A stretch of DNA of 64,000 bases from Candidatus Omnitrophota bacterium (lineage in GTDB: Bacteria; Omnitrophota; Gorgyraeia; JACQQV01). Both the position numbers and the translations under genes were made by a program. Below, one piece after another: positions 9,086 through 17,550 of this stretch (position 1 is its first letter; the number at the start of each line of letters is the position of its first letter). Where the stretch lies: positions 63,509-127,508 of the forward strand of contig JACQQV010000021.1 of the NCBI GenBank assembly GCA_016206785.1, in the 5' to 3' direction. The notes under the pieces were generated by a model. That model was not told the DNA's origin and searched no databases. It saw nothing but the letters and a program-made list of their open reading frames with translations.

Positions 9086-10161
9086 CTATTTTTTAAGAGG
9101 GGTTCAATGACTTCTACCAAGGCTTGGGCAGCGAGTCGATGACCACGTTCATTGAGATGAAACGGGTCTCCTTTTCTATAAAGTTTTTCTCTCAGGTGAC
9201 GTTGTAAACTTTCCCGGATATCGATCAGCGGAACCTGCAAGTTGTGCGAAATGCGTCGGAAACGATAAAAGGAGGGACGGATTTTTAAGATCCCCAGCTC
9301 GTGAAGATCCGGAAAATAGGCAAACAACACTTGAGCGTGAGAGCGACGTGCTAACTGAACCAGCTCGCGCAACCGTTGTTCCGCCTCCTGCCAGTAGCGC
9401 GCCTCCCGAGATCCTGTTGCGTTGTAAGAGACCTGAAGCGCCCAAAAAGAAATAACGGAACCGATGCGCTGATCCAAAAATTTCAATAAGAAACTGTGGG
9501 GCAGCAAGGAAGAGTAGAAATTGTGAAAAGGCGACGATGGAGAAGAAACCTCGGGTTCCGGTAAAAGACAAAGCCTCCCTTGATCATCGACGTTAAAGAG
9601 GGATGGGTAAATGTCGTTCCTATAGAAATTAACAATAACAATATCCGGTCTCAAAAGAGGAAGGAGTTCCTTAAAGATACGAACTTCCTGTTCAGTATTA
9701 TAATTATCAGAGGCGGCATTGAATACAATAGGAGGATTACGTGGAAATTTTTCCTTGAGTAACACTTCAAGTCTTTTACAAAAAGTTGTCTCAAAAGGAA
9801 CCCCGTAGCCAAATGTGATAGAGTCTCCCAAACAGAGGACGACATCGTCTTTTTCTTTCACCTTCGGCCATTCCGGTCCCCGCCAACCCTGTGTATTGAT
9901 TTCATACCATGCCCCTTGCCAGCGAATGCGTGCTCCTCGTCGATACCGGTGGACGACCTCAGGATCTGCGACAAAAAGACCGGGAATGTCGGACATGAAA
10001 AGATAAGGGTCTGGCGCATTTTCCGGCAAGGCCTTGATCACCTCCGCTTCCGGCATACGACGAGAGACAAAAACAAACCGATAAAATCGGAGGATCCCTT
10101 CTGCCGCCAAGCAAGCGAGGCACAAGCCGACTACCACAAGAAAAAATCGTGTACGAGTCAC
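9082..10161 (-). CDS. Membrane-anchored SGNH/GDSL hydrolase
   Basis: N-terminal TM, GDSITFG, YRND, DPFHL catalytic DxxH. Confidence 0.85.
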   Translation of the reverse strand: MTRTRFFLVVVGLCLACLAAEGILRFYRFVFVSRRMPEAEVIKALPENAPDPYLFMSDIPGLFVADPEVVHRYRRGARIRWQGAWYEINTQGWRGPEWPKVKEKDDVVLCLGDSITFGYGVPFETTFCKRLEVLLKEKFPRNPPIVFNAASDNYNTEQEVRIFKELLPLLRPDIVIVNFYRNDIYPSLFNVDDQGRLCLLPEPEVSSPSSPFHNFYSSLLPHSFLLKFLDQRIGSVISFWALQVSYNATGSREARYWQEAEQRLRELVQLARRSHAQVLFAYFPDLHELGILKIRPSFYRFRRISHNLQVPLIDIRESLQRHLREKLYRKGDPFHLNERGHRLAAQALVEVIEPLLKNR

Positions 10162-10166
10162 GGCTG

Positions 10167-10207
10167 ATTATACCACTCTTGACCTCCTGAAAAAACAGAT
10201 TTATGCT
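10167..10207. promoter_or_regulatory. Overlapping divergent promoters
   Basis: Minus: extended -10 TGGTATAAT (10175-10167), 5 nt before GTG 10161. Plus: TTGACC (10179-10184), 17 nt, TATGCT (10202-10207), ahead of ATG 10231. Confidence 0.5.
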
Positions 10208-10230
10208 AAACTATATCGAGAAAGAGAAGG

Positions 10231-12126
10231 ATGGTAGAAACAGTGAAGCCTATTGGTGTTTTAACCGATCTTCTTCAAATAACGGACATTCCAGAGATTA
10301 TCGATCTTTTGATCGCGTCCAAGAAGGCCCGTTTCACCATTGAAGGCTTCAGCATGTACCCCACCCTCCGAGTAGGAGACATCGTTGAGGTGGACCCCCT
10401 AACAAAAGAAACGCTTGAAGTAGGAGACCTTGTTGTTTTTCAAAAAGAAAAGAAACTCATCTGTCACCGCCTGGTAGAGATTTTTGAGAAAAACGGGGAG
10501 GCGTGGATTAAGACAAAGGGGGATACGGTCGAGGAGAGTGACACCCCACTCGCCCTTCGTCAGATCCTGGGAAAGGTGACGCGCATTGAGCGAGACGGAA
10601 TTCCTCGGATCCCCTCGGCCGTTCCTCAAAAACTTTCCTTTGCAGAAATCATCTTCTTCTCTGCCTATCGGCAATTCGGGGGAAAACTCAGACCGAAACT
10701 GAGAACAGTTTTCTTACGCAGTCTCTCTTCTCTTTTATTCCGCCGCGTGTATCGCTTCCTGTTCCGTCCCGATGTGATTTATTCTGTCAGAATTCCAACT
10801 GCTTCGACTCCTGATCCGAAATTCTGGCGGTCTGTTCAAAGTCTCCCGGGGGCGAATGAGTCTTTACAGGACGCTTCGGTCTATCGCTTTTTTGCAAAGG
10901 TAGGCAAAAATGTCGTTGGAAGTCTTGAGGTGCGGACTCTCGATAAAACCGCTTCGCAATGGAGGGTTTCCCATCTTTTCGTGAGGGCAAGGTACCGGGG
11001 GTGCCACGTTGCAACAACACTCCTGAGAAGATCGTTTCAGAGGCTCAGACGACAAGGAGCCTCCTTATTAAGCATAGAAGTGGGTCCTCAAAATCGTCCC
11101 GCACTTTCCCTTCTAAAACAACTAGGCTTCGACGACGCCGTACAAAAAGATCCTTTCGTCCTTCAGAAAGACCTTTCGTTCCCGCTCAAGCGCTTAAGAG
11201 GCGAAAAAGAACTGCAACCGTTTCTTTATCACGCTCTTCCCTCTGATACGCTCAAAGAAAGCTTCCTCAGGAGCGTCGCAAAACACCTCTTCTTCGAACA
11301 GGCCCTTCTTGAGATAGACACCGTTTTCAAAAATGCGGGAATACCTTTTATCGTACAGAAGGGAATGGCACTTGCGTATACCCTTTACCCCGACCCTGCG
11401 ACGCGACCGATGGTGGATATCGATCTGTATCTACGTAAAAACGATGTCCCCTCGGCCATATCCCTTTTAGAAGGACTCGGCTATGAACTGGGAGCAGCCA
11501 AGTTTCGAGAAGAACTGATCACCTTCGGGGGAGAGCTCAGCTTCCACAAAAAAAATGCCCCTTTTGTTGAACTCCACTGGTGCCTTGAACAGTATGAGCG
11601 ATTGAAAGGAATTGTAAAAGTTGACGAGGAAGACCTGTGGAAAAGGACTGTCTCCTATACGATTTCAGGAAGAAAATTTCTGACCCTCTGTTCAGAGCAT
11701 CAACTGCTCGCGCTTTCCATCCACCTCGGTCTCATTCATCGGTTTCGTGGCTCTCTCAAGTGGTTTCTGGACATCGATCAGTTCGTCATGAAATTCGGGG
11801 AGGACCTGGATTGGGAGGAACTTTTTCAAACCGCACGGCGATGGGGAATTGAACGGGTGTTTTGCCAAGTGCTCCTTGCAACCCAGGAGCTCTTCAACAC
11901 CCCCCTTCCTCCTCTTCCGATTCAAAATTCTTCATTCTTCCTGAGACATCCCATCTTTCAATGGTTCCTCCCAGATCGTCCCTCCGACCGCCTCCGGGTC
12001 CTCTTCCGGATCTTCTTCCCGAGCCGGGAATGGCTCATCTACCGATATCGCCTCAAACGGCGCGACCTCATCCCCTTCCACCGCTTCCTCCATCCTCTCT
12101 TTGTTCTTATCGGCAAGACAAGGTAG
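10231..12126 (+). CDS. Fusion: S24/S26 signal-peptidase-like + GNAT + NTP_transf_5 nucleotidyltransferase
   Basis: GFSMYPTL..GD...HRL...TKGD (Ser/His S26 type); HLFVRARYRGCHVA...NRPALSL (GNAT); QKGMAL..LYPDPATRPMVDIDL..ELHW (nucleotidyltransferase). Confidence 0.85.
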   Translation: MVETVKPIGVLTDLLQITDIPEIIDLLIASKKARFTIEGFSMYPTLRVGDIVEVDPLTKETLEVGDLVVFQKEKKLICHRLVEIFEKNGEAWIKTKGDTVEESDTPLALRQILGKVTRIERDGIPRIPSAVPQKLSFAEIIFFSAYRQFGGKLRPKLRTVFLRSLSSLLFRRVYRFLFRPDVIYSVRIPTASTPDPKFWRSVQSLPGANESLQDASVYRFFAKVGKNVVGSLEVRTLDKTASQWRVSHLFVRARYRGCHVATTLLRRSFQRLRRQGASLLSIEVGPQNRPALSLLKQLGFDDAVQKDPFVLQKDLSFPLKRLRGEKELQPFLYHALPSDTLKESFLRSVAKHLFFEQALLEIDTVFKNAGIPFIVQKGMALAYTLYPDPATRPMVDIDLYLRKNDVPSAISLLEGLGYELGAAKFREELITFGGELSFHKKNAPFVELHWCLEQYERLKGIVKVDEEDLWKRTVSYTISGRKFLTLCSEHQLLALSIHLGLIHRFRGSLKWFLDIDQFVMKFGEDLDWEELFQTARRWGIERVFCQVLLATQELFNTPLPPLPIQNSSFFLRHPIFQWFLPDRPSDRLRVLFRIFFPSREWLIYRYRLKRRDLIPFHRFLHPLFVLIGKTR

Positions 12127-12147
12127 CTCATTCGTCGTTCGGCGTTC

Positions 12148-12248
12148 GGGACTAAGTCCCTATGACGGTAAGACTTGTTCCTTGCCAAGGCGGGACTTAG
12201 TCCCGCCTTCATGGGGGGAAAGTCTAAGGCGAAGAGGGACTTAGTCCC
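12148..12248. repeat. Three 13-bp palindromic repeats GGGACT(A/T)AGTCCC (REP-like)
   Basis: Copies at 12148-12160, 12192-12204 and 12236-12248; the middle copy extends to an 11-bp-arm palindrome at 12187-12209. Confidence 0.8.
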
Positions 12249-12350
12249 GGTTTGCTCTGTTTGCTGTTTAGGACAGGTAAGCGGTGCTCGAACCACACCA
12301 GGGGCTACTTATCCTTGGGGACAAATTAGAGCCAGGTCGGAAAACGTCCC

Positions 12351-13211
12351 TCAGACGCGGACCCAGCGAATTCCTTTTTCCTTGCGGAACCAAGTCTCCT
12401 GACGTTTGGCGTATTGGCGGGTTAAGCGTTGAATATGGGTAATAGCCTCTTCGAGGGAAGATTCCCCTTTGAGGTAAGAGAAAAGTTCTTGAAGCCCGAT
12501 GATTCTTTTTGCAGTAAAACTCAGTCTCTTCCGGAGAAGCCTCTTAACTTCCGCAACAACATCATTGCGAATCATCTTTTCCACCCGACGATCGATCCTC
12601 TGATAAAGAACTTTTCGGGGGTGGCGTAATCCGATTTTCTGAATCCGAAACAAAGCTGAGAACCCACCTCCCCCCTCTGCGAACTCCGAGGGTTTTCTCC
12701 CGGTGACTTCGTAAATCTCAAGGGCGCGAATCAGACGATAGGTATCGTTGGGATGAATCTTTTTTGCCCGACGGGGATCGATCGCACGTAATCTTTCGTA
12801 CAAATAAGCGTTTCCCTTCTCCTTCACAAGCCTTGAATATTTTTTCCGAATCGTGGGATCGGCTTTGACGGGAGCGTGCTTTCCTCCCAAAAGGGCCTTG
12901 AGATAAAAACCGCTCCCCCCCACAAGGATTGGCACCTTTCTTCGGCGTGCAATGTCTTGAATAACACTTTTTGCGCGTTGGGAAAATTCAGCCGCGCTAA
13001 ATTCCTTATGTAGAGGGAGAAAACCGATAAGATGATGGGGAATTTTCTTTTGATCCTCTGGGAGGGGTTGGTTGGTGAGGATTGGAACGCCTCGGTACAC
13101 CTGCATGGCGTCGCAGGAGATAATTTCACCTTTGCATCGTTTCGCCAGGCGGAGGGCAAGCCGGCTTTTCCCGCTGGCGGTAGGGCCAACAATGACAATA
13201 AGTTTTTTCAC
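12351..13211 (-). CDS. miaA: tRNA dimethylallyltransferase
   Basis: GPTASGKS, DAMQVY, VGGSGFY, TRQYAKRQ.TW; GTG 13211 overlaps the upstream TGA. Confidence 0.96.
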   Translation of the reverse strand: MKKLIVIVGPTASGKSRLALRLAKRCKGEIISCDAMQVYRGVPILTNQPLPEDQKKIPHHLIGFLPLHKEFSAAEFSQRAKSVIQDIARRRKVPILVGGSGFYLKALLGGKHAPVKADPTIRKKYSRLVKEKGNAYLYERLRAIDPRRAKKIHPNDTYRLIRALEIYEVTGRKPSEFAEGGGGFSALFRIQKIGLRHPRKVLYQRIDRRVEKMIRNDVVAEVKRLLRKRLSFTAKRIIGLQELFSYLKGESSLEEAITHIQRLTRQYAKRQETWFRKEKGIRWVRV

Positions 13212-14023
13212 CTCGCTTCCTGAACAACTTCCTGGATGGTCTGCTCGTCGATGGAAGTGGCTTTTTTGCCCAATCCTGAGAGAAGGGACAGATTGCATAA
13301 AGTATTGATCTTCCTCGGAATGCCTCCGCTATGTTCGTAGATGAGCTGGATCGCATCGTCCGTAAAGATCGGGTCCTCTCGACCGGCGGTCGTAAGCCGG
13401 GTCTGGATATAATGGCGCGTCTGCTCTTCGTCCAAACCCTCCAGATGGCATTTGATCTCGATCCGCTGCGAAAAGGGCTTGAATCGGTTCACATGTTCCC
13501 TCAACTCAGGTTGGCCGAACAAAAGGAGGGTCAGTAAAAACTGGTCGTTTGACTGAAAGTTGAGGAGGAGCCGCAATCCCTCCAGCACAGAAGGATCTTC
13601 GATCACATGGGCCTCATCCACAATAATGACCGTCTCGCTCCCATCCTTCAAATTATCGTAAAGGATATCCTTCAGCTCATTGAGGAGAAATGTCGCCACA
13701 AGATCCGATTTCTTCGTCGGGAGGTTCTTTCCGCCCCCTAATGCTTGAACGATTGCAGCCAGAAGTTCAATGTAATCCAGTTTTGGATTCCGGATGAAGG
13801 CGATCTTATATTTCTCTCCAACCAGCCCTTTCAACAGGGCTTCCCCCAATAACGTCTTTCCACATCCAAAGATCCCTGTCAACATGGCTGCCCCCACCTT
13901 CTCTTGGACGGCATACAAGAGCCTTGAAAGGGCTTCGTCATGTTGGGGGGAGGCGTAGAAGAATCGGGGATCGGGAGTATTTTGAAAGGGCATGAGATTG
14001 AATTTCCAATATTCTTTATACAT
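13208..14023 (-). CDS. ExeA/GspA-like AAA ATPase (PEP-CTERM system-associated type)
   Basis: MY.EY...PF..TPDP.F, GIFGCGKT, IVDEAH, GQPEL, SGGIPRKIN. Confidence 0.88.
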   Translation of the reverse strand: MYKEYWKFNLMPFQNTPDPRFFYASPQHDEALSRLLYAVQEKVGAAMLTGIFGCGKTLLGEALLKGLVGEKYKIAFIRNPKLDYIELLAAIVQALGGGKNLPTKKSDLVATFLLNELKDILYDNLKDGSETVIIVDEAHVIEDPSVLEGLRLLLNFQSNDQFLLTLLLFGQPELREHVNRFKPFSQRIEIKCHLEGLDEEQTRHYIQTRLTTAGREDPIFTDDAIQLIYEHSGGIPRKINTLCNLSLLSGLGKKATSIDEQTIQEVVQEAR

Positions 14024-14032
14024 GTTCAGACT

Positions 14033-14458
14033 TCAATTCAACATAATCTTTTCGTCTTTTTCGTTATAGGTAAACCGAGGTTTGCCATTCACCTTATGCA
14101 CCTCGGCGTCCGTCACGTTGAGGGTCCCATCCGGCGAAACCGTCACCCAAAAATCGACATCGAGGGCTTCCCCGGTCGTCTGGTCCACAAAATCGGCACA
14201 GGAGAAATAACCATCCTTGGTGGATAGTTTTCCGACCCGCTCATGGACCCGTTGAAAGGTGAGTTTTCTCTCTTGGCCTGTTTTATCGTCATGGATCGGG
14301 AAAAAGCCGCCGTTCTTATGGGTCACTTCCAAGGCATACGTCTGCATCGCCGTCCGGATTTCCTCATGGGTCGGCTCTACAGCATAAAGCTTCGTTCCAG
14401 CGAATGCCACAACGCCTGCGATGACCGCATATAAAAGAAGACGACTGTCGCCTTTCAT
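14033..14458 (-). CDS. Exported hypothetical protein
   Basis: Signal-peptide-like N-terminus; GGAGG SD; co-oriented with the transglutaminase gene. Confidence 0.7.
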   Translation of the reverse strand: MKGDSRLLLYAVIAGVVAFAGTKLYAVEPTHEEIRTAMQTYALEVTHKNGGFFPIHDDKTGQERKLTFQRVHERVGKLSTKDGYFSCADFVDQTTGEALDVDFWVTVSPDGTLNVTDAEVHKVNGKPRFTYNEKDEKIMLN

Positions 14459-14459
14459 C

Positions 14460-15431
14460 CTACACCTCCTTTTGTTTTGCGTGAACGTCTCTAAATTGAA
14501 ACTCTGTTTCTACCCTTTGAAAAGGTTTCCCGTCCAACTCGACATACGGATAGAAAAAAATATTGACCGGCTCGCCCTTCTGTTTTGGAACCAGTTGGAT
14601 ATTACGCCCTGTACTGATGAGAAGACGGTTTGCATCATAAGTTCCGAAGTAATACTCCCGCTTCTCTGGGTATTTCCATGCTTCCGAGGCATCCACGGAA
14701 ATCCACCCCTTTCCGTCGACATAAAACTCGGCCCAGCAGTGATACCCTGGAATTTTACCCTCTGATTCCTGTTCAGGGATAGGGATCCCGATTTTAAAAC
14801 GCGAGGGAATTTTACTCGCCCGCGCCAAGGAGATAAAGAGCGAATGAAAATCGGTGCAGTTCCCTTTGCCGACAAGACAGGCTCGCGCCGTATCCCCATT
14901 TCCCCATCCCGGTGTCGTCTTGTCATACTGCATATGGGAAAGGACGTAGTCATAAATGGCCCTTCCCTGTTCTAAAGGAAACACCTTCCCTTGGGTTACT
15001 TCTTTGGACAACCCCTGAATTCTTTCATCCACCACCATCCATTGGCCCGAGCCGAGGTGGAGACGTCTTTGAAAGGGGGTCTCCTGCAAGGGGTTTCTTC
15101 TTTCCTCTACAGTCACATGGTAGGTAATGGCAACGTCGATCTTTTGGGGAAGTGGCGGCTTCAGAAAAAGATGGAGGATCTCATTGCCATAGCGAGGTTC
15201 CTGAAAGATTTGATAAGGGGAAGAGGCGACGATTTTTCGGTCCAGGATCCTCTGGTTGGCCTCTGTGCGTGCCAAAGGGATCCAGATCCGGATCTGTTTT
15301 GCGTCGGGGGGAATTTCCTGAATCAAGGCATGGTAAGTGAGCTCAAACTCCCGCTCTGATTCTCGGGCTTCACTTTTTGAATCACTCAATATCAATAATG
15401 GGGTTACAATAAGTACTATCCATTTCCTCAT
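14460..15431 (-). CDS. Exported transglutaminase-like domain protein
   Basis: GNCTDFH, HCWAEF, WISVD (Cys-His-Asp triad); start moved to ATG 15431 (GAGGAG SD, signal peptide MRKWIVL). Confidence 0.88.
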   Translation of the reverse strand: MRKWIVLIVTPLLILSDSKSEARESEREFELTYHALIQEIPPDAKQIRIWIPLARTEANQRILDRKIVASSPYQIFQEPRYGNEILHLFLKPPLPQKIDVAITYHVTVEERRNPLQETPFQRRLHLGSGQWMVVDERIQGLSKEVTQGKVFPLEQGRAIYDYVLSHMQYDKTTPGWGNGDTARACLVGKGNCTDFHSLFISLARASKIPSRFKIGIPIPEQESEGKIPGYHCWAEFYVDGKGWISVDASEAWKYPEKREYYFGTYDANRLLISTGRNIQLVPKQKGEPVNIFFYPYVELDGKPFQRVETEFQFRDVHAKQKEV

Positions 15432-15444
15432 CTCTTTTTTCTCC

Positions 15445-16242
15445 TCATTCTTTTTGGGCGGGCGAAAAGGGGGTGACCAGAAGCCCCAGGAAGCTCTGCC
15501 ACCTCTCTGCTTCAAATGCGTCAAGTCCGTAATGGAGGGTCAAGATGTCCTCTTTCCTCCGGAAACTTTTAGCAAAGCGGTCCCAGAAAGAAAAAATACT
15601 GGAATAGTTCGAATCGGTCTCCGGCTGGAAGTGGGAATGATGGACCCGGTGCATATTCGGGGTGACAAGGAGGATGCGAAAGAGACGATCCCACCTTTCA
15701 GGCAAAGCCACATTGCTATGATGAAAAAGGATAATCGGAAGAAGAATCGTTTCGTAGAGGATCAGTTGCCAAAGAGTCAAGCCTAAGAGATACAGGATGC
15801 CGAATCTCACAAGAGAAGAAAGAGTCAGCTCTCCGATATGAAACCGGAGTGCTGTGGTGACGTCTAACTGGGGATCGCTATGATGCATCCTGTGAAACCG
15901 CCATAAAAAAGGCATCTGGTGGTTCGCCCTATGCCAAAGGTACATCCAAAGATCAAAAACAAAAATGGCGATAGCGGCTTCGGTCCAGAAAGGGATTTCG
16001 ATCCAGTGGAGGAGTCCGAACCCCTGGAATTCCGCCGCCTCTGTGATAAACGCGGTCGCCCCTGAGAAAAGGAATCCCGTCATCGCTCCATTCATGAGTC
16101 CCATCGCAATATTGCGGGACCCGTGACGGAGTCTTTCCTTTCTTTCCTTGAAAAGCGGAAGCCACGCTTCAAGGATCAAAAGTAGCGAGAGGATCACGAT
16201 CTCAAGAAGAATCTTCCCTTCTTTCAAACCCTCTGGATCCAT
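15445..16242 (-). CDS. Sterol desaturase / fatty acid hydroxylase family protein
   Basis: His boxes HRANH, HRMHH, FHH, HRVHH and NYS...WDR. Confidence 0.92.
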   Translation of the reverse strand: MDPEGLKEGKILLEIVILSLLLILEAWLPLFKERKERLRHGSRNIAMGLMNGAMTGFLFSGATAFITEAAEFQGFGLLHWIEIPFWTEAAIAIFVFDLWMYLWHRANHQMPFLWRFHRMHHSDPQLDVTTALRFHIGELTLSSLVRFGILYLLGLTLWQLILYETILLPIILFHHSNVALPERWDRLFRILLVTPNMHRVHHSHFQPETDSNYSSIFSFWDRFAKSFRRKEDILTLHYGLDAFEAERWQSFLGLLVTPFSPAQKE

Positions 16243-16259
16243 GGGTCTATTCTACCATA

Positions 16260-16448
16260 AGGCGGGTCCTGTCTCGGCATTTCCCATTCGTCCTCGCTCC
16301 ACCCATCTCCGGCCGGCTCACCATCTCGCCGGCGCTCATGGCGTGGCCGCACTTATTCGTGCGGCCATTCGCCCCCGTGGGGGCTGAGTAAAACAGGTGG
16401 TCCCCTTCCGCTGCGGGCGAATGGGAGCCCTTGCCGAGCCACCCGCCT
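16260..16448. other. About 190-nt GC-rich self-complementary element (MITE-like or structured RNA)
   Basis: Nested terminal complementarity AGGCGGGT/ACCCGCCT, CTCGGCA/TGCCGAG, TCCCATTCG/CGAATGGGA; internal hairpin GGCCGCAC-TTATTC-GTGCGGCC. Confidence 0.6.
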
Positions 16449-17550
16449 ATGGGCGAAGGAGCCAGCGCTGAATGAGAAGGATCAGGGTGAGAACGACACC
16501 GGAAGCGACGTAGGGAGCGCGGACGTCAAAGAGTTGGCCAACCCCGCCCCCCACAATCGGTCCGAGGCAGATGGCAAGACCGATAAACGCCTCGTGAGAA
16601 CTCGAACCGCCGCCGTGAGGACCTGTCTCCTTGAGGCTGACAAGGAGACTCGCAGAATAAGCGGTGCCGGAAAAACAGCCAAACAGGAAAAAAGAGATTG
16701 CCCAAAGAATCGGGTGATAGGTAAAGGCGATGGCGAAGACGGTAAAAATCGCCACGACCTCCCAGAAAAAAAGGAAATTTGGTCTTTCCCATCCTTCGAG
16801 GCGACCCAAAAAGATGAAAAAAAGGACCTGACCGACACCGATCAAAAGAAGAAAAGCCCCGATCGTGCTCGGTGAAAGCCCGAGTGCAAGCCCGTATTTG
16901 GGGAAAAGGCTCCGGAAGATAGAGGCGGAAAACCAGGCGGCGAAATTCGCGAGCCAACAAGCAATGAGAAACTTTCCAGGTTTTACAGAAGGAATTTTTG
17001 AAACAGTTTCTTTTTCCAACGGGCGAACCGGGAAACCCGCCAACAGGAAAACGACCGGAAGCAGAAAAAGGATCCCGACCCAGATCGGGAGGAGCCTTCC
17101 TCTTTCAAAGAGAAACCCCGCTAAGAAAGGGGCGATAATCTGACCCGGGCTCCAAGAGAGATTAAAGAAGCCGACACTCCGCTTTAAGGAAGTGCTCTCG
17201 CTCGCCTGGGAAATCCAGTTCTCAAGAGAAGGCCAGAAAACTCCCATCGCAAGACTCCCGATCGGGTAGATCCAGAAGACCGAAAAAAGCGTTGGCAGAA
17301 AAGGGTAACTGAAGGAAGTTAGGATAAAAAGTGCCGCTCCGAATAAGGTGAGACCTTTGGGCGAATAGCGACGTGCAAATCTTCTATTCGATGCAGCCCC
17401 CACCATAAAGACAAAGGCGCCAATCCCAGAAAGGGCTCCCAGTTGAAAGAGTGTGGCGTTGAAGTGATCGATAAGGTAGAAAATAATCCCGACAAGGATA
17501 ATGGTAAGGCCTGTATTTTGGAAAAAAGCGGAAAGATAGAGAGGGGTCAT
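16447..17550 (-). CDS. MFS transporter
   Basis: About 12 TM segments; GQIIAPFLAGFL and GPIVGG motifs. Confidence 0.85.
   Translation of the reverse strand: MTPLYLSAFFQNTGLTIILVGIIFYLIDHFNATLFQLGALSGIGAFVFMVGAASNRRFARRYSPKGLTLFGAALFILTSFSYPFLPTLFSVFWIYPIGSLAMGVFWPSLENWISQASESTSLKRSVGFFNLSWSPGQIIAPFLAGFLFERGRLLPIWVGILFLLPVVFLLAGFPVRPLEKETVSKIPSVKPGKFLIACWLANFAAWFSASIFRSLFPKYGLALGLSPSTIGAFLLLIGVGQVLFFIFLGRLEGWERPNFLFFWEVVAIFTVFAIAFTYHPILWAISFFLFGCFSGTAYSASLLVSLKETGPHGGGSSSHEAFIGLAICLGPIVGGGVGQLFDVRAPYVASGVVLTLILLIQRWLLRP

Noticed and set aside
12148-12248. Mini CRISPR array
   Set aside because: The repeats are only 13 bp, the first is inverted, and there are no cas genes or leader.
12039-12402. 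ORFs across the palindromic repeats
   Set aside because: No SD or recognisable motifs; they arise from the repeat-containing spacer between convergent genes.
16260-16448. SRP RNA, tRNA or a known riboswitch
   Set aside because: No SRP domain IV motif, T-loop/cloverleaf or recognisable aptamer consensus. Kept only as an unassigned structured element.
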